Made by a program: the position numbers and the translations under genes
The notes under the pieces: generated by a model
Database searches by the model: none
Told to the model about the DNA's origin: nothing
What the model saw: the letters and a program-made list of their open reading frames with translations, nothing else
Shown here: positions 12,697 through 20,585 of the stretch, in pieces
Layout: each line of letters begins with the position of its first letter
Numbering within the stretch: position 1 is the first letter of the stretch
NCBI GenBank assembly: GCA_031261385.1
Contig: JAISJS010000117.1
Span: 1-40,978, forward strand
Direction of reading: 5' to 3'
Origin: Treponema sp.
Lineage (GTDB): Bacteria; Spirochaetota; Spirochaetia; Treponematales; Breznakiellaceae
DNA length: 40,978 nt

Positions 12697-15171
12697 CTAC
12701 GGGAGGGCGGAGATTGGGGAGTCGTTCCACTTTGTGGCTTTTTCTCCATCGGGGAACACTTCGTATTTGCCGGAAACTCCCGCAGAGTTCCAAGGTGTAT
12801 ATTTTGTAGTTTTCATTTCGGTATAGGAGAGGTTGGCATTGTCTATCCAAGTCTGCTCATCGAGAGGCGCGACGCCATACGGATAGGCCGTGTTGCTTTT
12901 GAATATGCCGAAATTAGCATCCGTACCGCCAGTAATCTTATAACCACCGGCGCCGTCCGGGAAAGCCTTGAAGTCCGGCTCGAATTTACGGCCCGCTACA
13001 TTGTAGTTGTCCTTTGCCTGATAAAGGACGAGGTCAGGAGCACTATGACTCAAGGTATTGGCACGTGTGCCGAAATTGCCGTATTGCGTGGGTAGAATCT
13101 GCGATTCGACTACGGCGAAGTTGCCGAAGCCGGAGGGATTTGAAACATTGTGTAGAACGAGGTAGGCTCCATATGACAGATTAGCAATGTAATATGGGGC
13201 CACTTCCTCAATACTTACCACACCCTTAAAGCTACCAGTAATAGTAAGACCAGGACCAGAAACAATACTTTTTCCTGTTTTGTCATACATATCGCCCTTA
13301 AGCGTAGAATTGGTCAGATTTAATATAACATCTTCATCATATCCTGGCAGACCCCCGAGGGTGAAATCGCGGCCATTCCCTACTATATTCGCCTCCTTGA
13401 ATTCGGGGACTTTGGCGACGTCCTTGAGGTAGTTGGTTTCAAAGACCGAAATCTCGCCCTTGTAGCCGGTGGCGGCCTTGCCGTCGGCGTCGCGGCGGGA
13501 ACCGGAGTTGGCGACGGCGCCGTTATTCAAATACGTCGAGCCGTCGAAAGTCAGGCCCGAAACGACGTGGGTGATTTGCGCAATCTTTGGGTTACTGGGG
13601 TCGATCGAGCCGTTCGATTCCTTGTAATTACGGATGAAATCCACAAGGCCGTTCGAGTTGGCATTTGGATTGTCGCCAACTGCAGTGAAAACCACTTTGT
13701 GTATAGGACCGCCAGCATAGTTCAACCCGGCCTCATTCAGATCCCTGAAATACTTTTCATAACTTGCGACATTGCCAACGATAGCCGCATCCGGAGCAAG
13801 CGAAAGTTCTGCCGTACCGGACGACTTGTCCTTTACAATGCCAAAGCCTTGGACGAAGTGCGGTTCTACTTTCAACGCACCAGTTGTATCATATATGACC
13901 ATAATGGCATCCGTATAATATTCCAAATTACTGTCGGCAAGCTTCAATTTCTTGCTATACTGTATAGCGGACTTGTCACCAGTCTTTATTATTTTTACAC
14001 CATCCATTATCACATCGCCATTGGAATATTTCGAAAACAAATCTATGACATCCGGATATGGATACTGCCCGGGCACCGACTTATTACCATAATATATTCC
14101 ACTAAGCTTAAACCAATCCTCTTGTTTATATTCTGGCGTCCTTGCGGTTGCCAGCGAATAGGCGCCCATGTTCGCGCCGGCGCCTTTGAAAGCCTGGCGC
14201 AGGTGGTGCACCGAGGCCAGGGAAATCGTGTCGTTCGCGGCGCCGGGTATCTTTATATCAACCGTTTTGCCAGCAAGCGATATGTTCTCCACGGTAACCG
14301 ATGAATTCGGCCCGAGCGAAGCCATTATTGCATTGACATTTGCGGCCGGCATATCCAACGTAATATTATTCCCGGAGAGGGCTACATCTAATTCGACGCC
14401 GCCTATTTTTACCTTTGGGGGAACATAGTCATATGCAGTATCGCCTATTTCTTCTATATTATTCCCCTTGCTGTATGCGGCAGCAATGCCGGTGCTGGTG
14501 CTGATACCGTCAATCACATTATCCTTGTCGGCATTACGCAGTTTCGTTTCGGACGCAGCCTGGAAAGTCACGGTCAGCGCATCGCCTATCGTCGTTTTGT
14601 CATAATCGGAAATAGCGGCAGACAGCCCGGCGGTCTTGTCATAATAGGACGTAAGCCAGTTGAATGCGGCATTATTCCCATTTCCGGTAAGCGTCACCTG
14701 CTTTCCATCGAATGCGAGTTTTATTTCGACGGGATATTCCGAGCCGGGCGTTGGCGTCAATACGACAGTCACTCCAGACGGCAATGCGGCGTCGAGCTTG
14801 GCCTGAAGCGCGTCCTTGTCGCGCTGGGAAATCGCCGCTGAGCCGGATTTGAAACCCACGCTTACCGTTGCGCCCGTGTCTTTCAGGGCGGCATCATCGC
14901 CGGTCACGCCGACGGCCGGAATATTGTTTTTTTGATAGTCCGCTTTCCAAAGTATGTCGGCCGCCAATTTCGTCAGGTCGTTGCCCTCTTTCCATGTAAT
15001 CGGGTAGTTTGTCCCGCCAATGGCCAGATTTATTTTTTTCGTGTTATCGACAGGGCCGGGACCCGGGTCAGTCCGACCAAGCTCGGTCGGACGACCGGGC
15101 TCGGTCGGCTGGGGGCACGCGGCAAGCAAGGCCGAAAGCAGGAGGACGAACACTACATATCTTTTTTTCAT
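12697..15171 (-). CDS. large orphan lipoprotein, function unknown
   Basis: 824 aa. Signal plus lipobox MKKRYVVFVLLLSALLAAC, then a Pro/Thr/Gly linker with an internal repeat (PTEPGRPTELGRT). The rest is Gly/Asn/Thr/Ser-rich with no motif I recognise. It has an AAGGAA Shine-Dalgarno and a TATAAT box upstream, and is bracketed by the repeat families. Confidence 0.7.
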   Translation of the reverse strand: MKKRYVVFVLLLSALLAACPQPTEPGRPTELGRTDPGPGPVDNTKKINLAIGGTNYPITWKEGNDLTKLAADILWKADYQKNNIPAVGVTGDDAALKDTGATVSVGFKSGSAAISQRDKDALQAKLDAALPSGVTVVLTPTPGSEYPVEIKLAFDGKQVTLTGNGNNAAFNWLTSYYDKTAGLSAAISDYDKTTIGDALTVTFQAASETKLRNADKDNVIDGISTSTGIAAAYSKGNNIEEIGDTAYDYVPPKVKIGGVELDVALSGNNITLDMPAANVNAIMASLGPNSSVTVENISLAGKTVDIKIPGAANDTISLASVHHLRQAFKGAGANMGAYSLATARTPEYKQEDWFKLSGIYYGNKSVPGQYPYPDVIDLFSKYSNGDVIMDGVKIIKTGDKSAIQYSKKLKLADSNLEYYTDAIMVIYDTTGALKVEPHFVQGFGIVKDKSSGTAELSLAPDAAIVGNVASYEKYFRDLNEAGLNYAGGPIHKVVFTAVGDNPNANSNGLVDFIRNYKESNGSIDPSNPKIAQITHVVSGLTFDGSTYLNNGAVANSGSRRDADGKAATGYKGEISVFETNYLKDVAKVPEFKEANIVGNGRDFTLGGLPGYDEDVILNLTNSTLKGDMYDKTGKSIVSGPGLTITGSFKGVVSIEEVAPYYIANLSYGAYLVLHNVSNPSGFGNFAVVESQILPTQYGNFGTRANTLSHSAPDLVLYQAKDNYNVAGRKFEPDFKAFPDGAGGYKITGGTDANFGIFKSNTAYPYGVAPLDEQTWIDNANLSYTEMKTTKYTPWNSAGVSGKYEVFPDGEKATKWNDSPISALP

Positions 15172-15249
15172 GGTAGTTCCTTATTATAGTATAGAGCAAT
15201 CAACCAAATAAGTGAAGCGGTAGCTACAACCAGGGCGAGCGCATGAAAA

Positions 15250-15334
15250 GGAATTTTACCACGAACCACACGAACCAACACAAAAAATAAGGATAATTTT
15301 GTACTTTCGTTCGTGTTTTCGTGTGGTTCGTGGT
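15250..15334. repeat. hairpin element with CACGAAC-heptamer arms
   Basis: The left arm ACCACGAACCACACGAAC (15258..15275) pairs with the right arm GTTCGTG..TTTCGTGTGGTTCGTGGT (15309..15334). The outer 22 nt (15250..15271) are a perfect inverted copy of 15973..15994. Confidence 0.8.
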
Positions 15335-15414
15335 TTCTTCTCTTTGAATTTCATGTTCATGCGTTTGTCGTGGTCGCAACGCCTGCTAATTTCCCAAAAA
15401 TCAGTGTCCAATAA

Positions 15415-15844
15415 TCAGTTTACAGATTTGCTGAAAGTGATTATACTGGAGTTACCGAAGCTGCCCGAACGGGCGGACGAGAACGCGGTGTGGCCCTGGT
15501 TAAAGTTTATGAAGGGCAAAACGGGACGGGAGTTTAACGAACTTGCAAAGCAATATCCGGAGGTACGTATGGCCGTAGCAGGGTTGAAGAGATTGAGCTG
15601 GAGCAGGAAATGGCGCTTGATAAAAGAAGCGGAAGGACTGGCCCGGGAAGACATGCGCATGATAAAGCAATATGCCCGAAAGGAAGGTTTAGCTGAGGGC
15701 CGGGAAGAAGGTCGGGAAGAGGGTTTGGCTTTGGGTGAAGCGAAAGTCAAAGAAGCCGAGGCAGAAGCCCAAAAAGCGATTGACGCGAAAGACCGGGAAA
15801 TTGCCGAACTCAGGCGGCGTTTGCAGGAAAAAGAGGGACTCTGA
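15415..15844 (+). pseudogene. C-terminal remnant of an Rpn-family (PD-(D/E)XK, transposase_31 / YhgA-like) protein
   Basis: VIILELPKLPERADENAVWPWLKFMKG...YPEVRMAVAGLKRLS...REDMRMIKQYARKEGLAEGREEGREEGLALGE matches the region that follows the nuclease core in Rpn-family proteins. The ~180-aa N-terminal nuclease domain is missing. The first ~40 codons of the listed ORF (from 15299) are read out of the repeat element. Confidence 0.6.
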
Positions 15845-15854
15845 TACGATATCC

Positions 15855-15994
15855 GGTAACAGTCACCGATTCGGATAAAGATAAAGGAGAAGAGATTAAC
15901 CACGAACTTCACGAACAGGACACGAACAAAGATAAGAAACCTGAAGCTCCAAATCCCTCGTTCGTCCTGTTAGTGTGGTTCGTGGTAAAATTCC
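15855..15994. repeat. composite repeat: degenerate 13-mer, module head and a CACGAAC-arm hairpin
   Basis: GGTAACAGTCACC (15855..15867) has 2 mismatches to GGTGTCAGTCACC. CGGATAAAGATAAAGGAGAAGAGATTAACCACGAACTTCACGAAC matches 12225..12269. Heptamers lie at 15901, 15910 and 15921, and the right arm at 15960..15986. The loop AAGAAACCTGAAGCTCCAAATCC recurs at 27631... Confidence 0.8.
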
Positions 15995-15998
15995 TAAT

Positions 15999-16283
15999 CT
16001 ATATATCCTCCGGTAAGCCAAAGATCTTAATCCCCTCGTTGGGGAAGTGTTCCTTAACGGCGCCTATTGCGCGCACGATACCGCGAGCCTCTTCTTCTTC
16101 GCACCAGATAACCAGGGCAAAGTTTTCTTCGGGCCAGATGGCGTCGCCCATCCGGGGACCGGTGGAGCCGACCCCCAGAATGCTTGGGTACTTGGTATAG
16201 TACTTGCCGACGCCTTCTTTCCGGAGCGCTTCATTGATGTTCTCCTCTACCGAGTGGTTGGCGATTATTTCTACGCGTATCAT
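15999..16283 (-). CDS. PII (GlnB)-like small protein coupled to the RND pump
   Basis: 94 aa. MIRVEIIANHSVEENINEALRKEGV...GVGSTG...FALVIWCEEEEARGIVRAI...GIKIFGLP follows the PII beta-alpha-beta pattern (compare KIEAII..EVKEAL...G..G....KIEVVV.......GKIFV.P). The ATGA overlap with the RND stop suggests translational coupling. Confidence 0.6.
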   Translation of the reverse strand: MIRVEIIANHSVEENINEALRKEGVGKYYTKYPSILGVGSTGPRMGDAIWPEENFALVIWCEEEEARGIVRAIGAVKEHFPNEGIKIFGLPEDI

Positions 16284-19200
16284 AATCCTGCCTCCGAAGC
16301 AACAATAGTGCCGCCGTCTATAGCTTCCTGAACCTGATCCTTTTTCCTGGTTTTCTTGATGCCGTCGGCAATGCGCTGACGGCGGGCTTCGGCGCGGGCC
16401 GCCCGTTCATCGGAGCCCTTGTTCAAGATCGCATATATTACAGGCATCAGGAACAGGGTCATCAGGGTACCAAAGGTGAGGCCGCCCAAAACGGTCTTAC
16501 CGATAGGCGCCGTCATTGACGCGCCTTCACCGGGGAAGAACGCCATGGGCAGAAGTCCCAGAATCGTGGTCAGGGTGGTCATCAATATGGGCCTGAGCCG
16601 GTTGCCTGCCGCTTCAACACAGGCGTCGTGGAGGTTGTAGCCGCGCTTGCGCAGCAGGTTGGTATAGTCCACAAGGACTATACCGTTATTCACAATGACG
16701 CCTAACAGGACGAGGAGTCCTACCGCAGTCAGGATGTTAAACATATCCCCGGTGATAAGATAAATGGCAACAACGCCTATCACGCTGAGCGGTATGGTAA
16801 AGATGACGATGAATGGATCTCTAAACGATTCAAAGAGACACGCCATGACGCCGAACACCAGGAAGATTGCGACGATCATGATCAGCGCAAAGCGGCCCAT
16901 CATCTTCATCATAGACGCATAGTCGCCTGCAAATTCGATAATCACATCATCTTCTGCGGGGATTTCGGCGGTTACGAGCGTGCGGACCTTGTCTTCCAGC
17001 ACATTCAATTTGGTGCCAGGCACCGCTCCTGCGCTGACGTGTATTACCCGTCCCTGATTTTCCCGGGTAATGGTAAGAGGACCGGTACCCTCCGCATAAG
17101 AAGCAAAACTGGAAAGCGGCACCCGCCCCGCCATCTGGCTGTTCACAAAGATGTGATCCAGCGCAGGCCGGGTGCTGCGATCCGCTTCGGCAAGGATCAG
17201 CACCACATCGTAATCGTGGCCGCCCGATTTGTACCGGGTGGCGGTAACTCCGTCCACTGCCGCCTTGATCTCATTGCCCACCGTATAGGTGTTAAGCCCC
17301 AGGGCGTACATCTTTTCACGGTCTAGCTCAATTTCGATCTGGGGAAGCCCGTCTTTTAAGTCAACCGTGGGCTCTTTGATCTCGGGGAGCCGGGTAAGCA
17401 GTTTTGCAATCTGTTCGGCAATGGCCTTACCTTTAACAAGATCATCGGTACGAATCACAATATCTACAGGATTGCCGCCCATCATGCTCATCATACCGCC
17501 GCCGCCAAAGCTTATGGAAACGCCGGGGAATTCGTTAACATGCGCCCGCATTTTTTCTTTAATGTCATTGGCGCTGTCGATACGATCCGCGTATGCAGGC
17601 AGGTTAATACGGACCGATCCGGAATTGCTGCCGCCGCCCATACCCATCATGCCGCCGCCGCCTGCGTTAAGAACGATTCGTTCGTAGCCTTTCACTTCCG
17701 CCTTTACAATGGTCTCAATCTGCCTAAGGGTAGCTTCAGTCTGCGGCAGAGGCGTACCCATCGGAAGGGTAGCGCTAATCGTTACGCTGTCTGCTTCCTG
17801 TTGGGGCATAAAAACATAGCCAACGGTAAATTTCTTTAACGCGCTTGGAAGCGGAACAAATCCGGTTAAAACGATACTTAACGCAAAAAGCCCCAGCATA
17901 GAAAAGATAAGCGCTTTCTTATGCCGAAGCACCTTGTCAACGGCCTTGCGGTATGCGTTATCCAGTCCGACAAAAAACTTTTCAAAAACCGCATCAATTT
18001 TTGCCGGCACACCTTTAAGGGGTTTCTGTTTGCGCGTCACAAGGGGAAGATAGTGGCTTGAAAGCACCGGCACAAGGAATATGGCGGTCACAAGGGATAT
18101 CGCCAGTGAAATGACAACGGTAAACGCCAAGCCTGAGAACATCTCCCCTGCCATCTCCAACATTCCCTGGAAAGCCACAAGCGGTGCAAAAACGCAGATA
18201 GTAGTGAGGGTTGAGGCGGCAATGGCGACGATCATTTCGGTGGTTCCCAATACCGAAGCGGTGGTCAGCTTTGCCCCTTTTTCCCGGTAATGGTATATGT
18301 TCTCCAAAATAACTATCGAGTTATCCACCAACATTCCTATACCCAGCACAAGGCCCGCCATGGTCATCATATTCAGGGTAAGTCCGCTAAAGTACATAAA
18401 AAGCATAGTGACAAAGATAGAGACCGGAATGCTTATACCAATGATCAGCGTCGGTTTAAATGAACGGAGGAAAATAAAGAGGATTAAAACCGCAAGCAAA
18501 GCCCCGGAAAGAGCGGTAGAAGTAACTTCGTTAAGGGAATCTTCAATTTGATCGGTAGTATTGAAAACCTCGGTAACATGAATATCCGCAGGTAATTCCC
18601 TGGCAAGCCGGGTAATCCGTGCGCGCAGATCCTTGGCAGTCTGAACGGAATTCTTGCCGCTCTGTTTCTGCACCTGCATCATTACCGCAGACTGGCCGTT
18701 GACAAACACCGTACTGGTTTCATCTTTAAAGCCTTCAAACACATCGGCAATGTCCCGCAGGTATATACTGCGGGGCAGTTCAATTCCGCCGGCTGTCATA
18801 CCGCCGCCCTTATACGAGATGACGGTATTTTTCATTTGATCGATGGAGGTGTATTCGCCCATTGTGGTAAGAAGATACGAGAGCCCCCCTTCGGTGATGC
18901 TTCCTGCGGCAACCTGCATGTTCTGCGCTGCCAGCATCTGCTGTACCGATGTCACCGTAAGGCCGTACGCCTCAAGCCGGGACTGCGGTATCTCCACACG
19001 GACGATCTTTTCCCTGCCGCCGTTTACCGTGGCAGTAGCCACACCGGGCGTCTGCTCAATGCGCGGGATAATCGTATCCTCGGTAATTTCCCGCAGTTCC
19101 TCGGGGTTACGGTTTCCCGTTACCATAAGGCCCATAATCGGGATCATCGACGGATCAAATTTGAAGATCAGCGGGCTGTTGGCCCCGGTGGGCATATAGT

Positions 19201-19549
19201 TCCGCACCTGCTCCAATGCGTCGCGCACGGAGTTCGATGCATCGGCAAGATCCGTCCCGTAGGTGAACTCCATGATCACCATACTGGTACCCTTGGATGA
19301 AGTTGACGTGACTTTTTCCAGACTGGAGACACTGGCAAGAGCCGCCTCCAGAGTCCGGGTAACCGAACGCTCAACTTCTTCGGGACCTGCCCCGGTGTAA
19401 CTCGTAAAAACCACGAGATAGGGGGGGTTTATTTCCGGCATCAAGTCGATGGGAAGGTTCACCATACCAAAGATACCCAGCCCGACGAGAATGACAAAAA
19501 TAATTAAAAACGTTGTTGGCCGTGAAACGGCCATCTTTGCTACACTCAT
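16280..19549 (-). CDS. RND efflux transporter permease (AcrB/CzcA superfamily)
   Basis: 1089 aa with a 12-TM, two-large-loop architecture. Typical RND stretches include MSVAKMAVSRPTTFLIIF, GLVLGIGMLVDNSIVILENI and VGLLVLLGVIVNNGIVLVDY. Confidence 0.95.
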   Translation of the reverse strand: MSVAKMAVSRPTTFLIIFVILVGLGIFGMVNLPIDLMPEINPPYLVVFTSYTGAGPEEVERSVTRTLEAALASVSSLEKVTSTSSKGTSMVIMEFTYGTDLADASNSVRDALEQVRNYMPTGANSPLIFKFDPSMIPIMGLMVTGNRNPEELREITEDTIIPRIEQTPGVATATVNGGREKIVRVEIPQSRLEAYGLTVTSVQQMLAAQNMQVAAGSITEGGLSYLLTTMGEYTSIDQMKNTVISYKGGGMTAGGIELPRSIYLRDIADVFEGFKDETSTVFVNGQSAVMMQVQKQSGKNSVQTAKDLRARITRLARELPADIHVTEVFNTTDQIEDSLNEVTSTALSGALLAVLILFIFLRSFKPTLIIGISIPVSIFVTMLFMYFSGLTLNMMTMAGLVLGIGMLVDNSIVILENIYHYREKGAKLTTASVLGTTEMIVAIAASTLTTICVFAPLVAFQGMLEMAGEMFSGLAFTVVISLAISLVTAIFLVPVLSSHYLPLVTRKQKPLKGVPAKIDAVFEKFFVGLDNAYRKAVDKVLRHKKALIFSMLGLFALSIVLTGFVPLPSALKKFTVGYVFMPQQEADSVTISATLPMGTPLPQTEATLRQIETIVKAEVKGYERIVLNAGGGGMMGMGGGSNSGSVRINLPAYADRIDSANDIKEKMRAHVNEFPGVSISFGGGGMMSMMGGNPVDIVIRTDDLVKGKAIAEQIAKLLTRLPEIKEPTVDLKDGLPQIEIELDREKMYALGLNTYTVGNEIKAAVDGVTATRYKSGGHDYDVVLILAEADRSTRPALDHIFVNSQMAGRVPLSSFASYAEGTGPLTITRENQGRVIHVSAGAVPGTKLNVLEDKVRTLVTAEIPAEDDVIIEFAGDYASMMKMMGRFALIMIVAIFLVFGVMACLFESFRDPFIVIFTIPLSVIGVVAIYLITGDMFNILTAVGLLVLLGVIVNNGIVLVDYTNLLRKRGYNLHDACVEAAGNRLRPILMTTLTTILGLLPMAFFPGEGASMTAPIGKTVLGGLTFGTLMTLFLMPVIYAILNKGSDERAARAEARRQRIADGIKKTRKKDQVQEAIDGGTIVASEAGL

Positions 19550-19565
19550 TTTATACCTGCCTTGG

Positions 19566-20555
19566 CTAATTTGCGGAAAGGGGCGTTACCCGGTCAATGA
19601 TATTGATCCGTGCGCCGTCATCAAGCAGGGTCTGCCCCCGAATGATCACTTCCTCATCCGGCTTTAAACCGTCCTGAATTTCCAGAACATTGTCGATCAA
19701 AATTCCCGGTGTTACGATTCTGCGCCGGGCAACAAAACCACTTTCATTTCCTGCTGTGGCAGGAGCGCTTTCCGCAACAAAAACATAGGTCTCACCAAAA
19801 CGCTGAATCAGTGCGCTTGAAGGTATCTTGACAATGTTTTGTTTCTGCTCGGTTATGATTCGTACCTTGGCAAACATTCCCGCCTTGAGTTTCGAGCCGG
19901 GGTTTTCTACGTTGACCTTTACTTCCATAGTCCGGGACACGGGGTCCACTGTGGGCGCCACTTCGGTAATGCTGCCCCGGAACGTTTCTCCGGGCCAGGC
20001 GTCAAGGGTAATTTGGCAGGGCAGGTGCAGCGCCATCTTGGAGATGAATCGTTCAGCCACATAGAGTTTAATCTCCAGGGCATCCCCGCCTGCGGAACCG
20101 ATTCCGGAAATCCGGGCCAGAGGTACCGCCTGGCTGATGGTCATTCCCACCTGGGCAGGCAGGGCTGTCACCACGCCCGAAATAGGCGCCCGGGCGATGC
20201 CTTCCTTAAAAGTCATCCCCGGCCGGGACGGGTCAACCGCCGCAACGGCATCGCCTTTGGAAACCCGGTCGCCCACGCTCACATAGAGCCGGGTAACTTT
20301 GCCGGCGGCGTCGGAGTAGGTATCCACCGTGGACCCCGCGACGATATCCCCGGAAAGGGCAAGGTAATCCCGAATCTGGCCCTGCACTGCAGTCGTAGTA
20401 TTCACCGCAAAAATCGATACCGCAGGGGCAGCCGGGCCGCCGGACGCGGTCTCATCCGATTTCGAGCAGCCGGCAAAGACCATTACCAATAGCGCTGCAG
20501 CTATGATACAAACCGCAGGAATCGCGGTTTTAACTATCATCTTTTTCATCTTCAT
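19566..20555 (-). CDS. RND periplasmic adaptor (membrane fusion protein, HlyD family) lipoprotein
   Basis: Signal plus lipobox ...LVMVFAGCSKS. Has lipoyl-like/beta-barrel MFP motifs (VSVGDRVSKGDAVAAVD, APISGVVT). The ATG at 20555 sits 9 nt after AGGAG, while the listed GTG 20561 is too close to the Shine-Dalgarno. Confidence 0.9.
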   Translation of the reverse strand: MKMKKMIVKTAIPAVCIIAAALLVMVFAGCSKSDETASGGPAAPAVSIFAVNTTTAVQGQIRDYLALSGDIVAGSTVDTYSDAAGKVTRLYVSVGDRVSKGDAVAAVDPSRPGMTFKEGIARAPISGVVTALPAQVGMTISQAVPLARISGIGSAGGDALEIKLYVAERFISKMALHLPCQITLDAWPGETFRGSITEVAPTVDPVSRTMEVKVNVENPGSKLKAGMFAKVRIITEQKQNIVKIPSSALIQRFGETYVFVAESAPATAGNESGFVARRRIVTPGILIDNVLEIQDGLKPDEEVIIRGQTLLDDGARINIIDRVTPLSAN

Positions 20556-20585
20556 TTTCACTCACTCCTATTTGGAACTTAAGGT

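Noticed and set aside
12697-15171. The lipoprotein as a diversity-generating-retroelement target (Treponema TvpA-like).
   Set aside because: There is no reverse transcriptase, no template repeat matching the 3' end of the gene, and no C-type-lectin/FGE-like Asn-rich variable region at the C-terminus.
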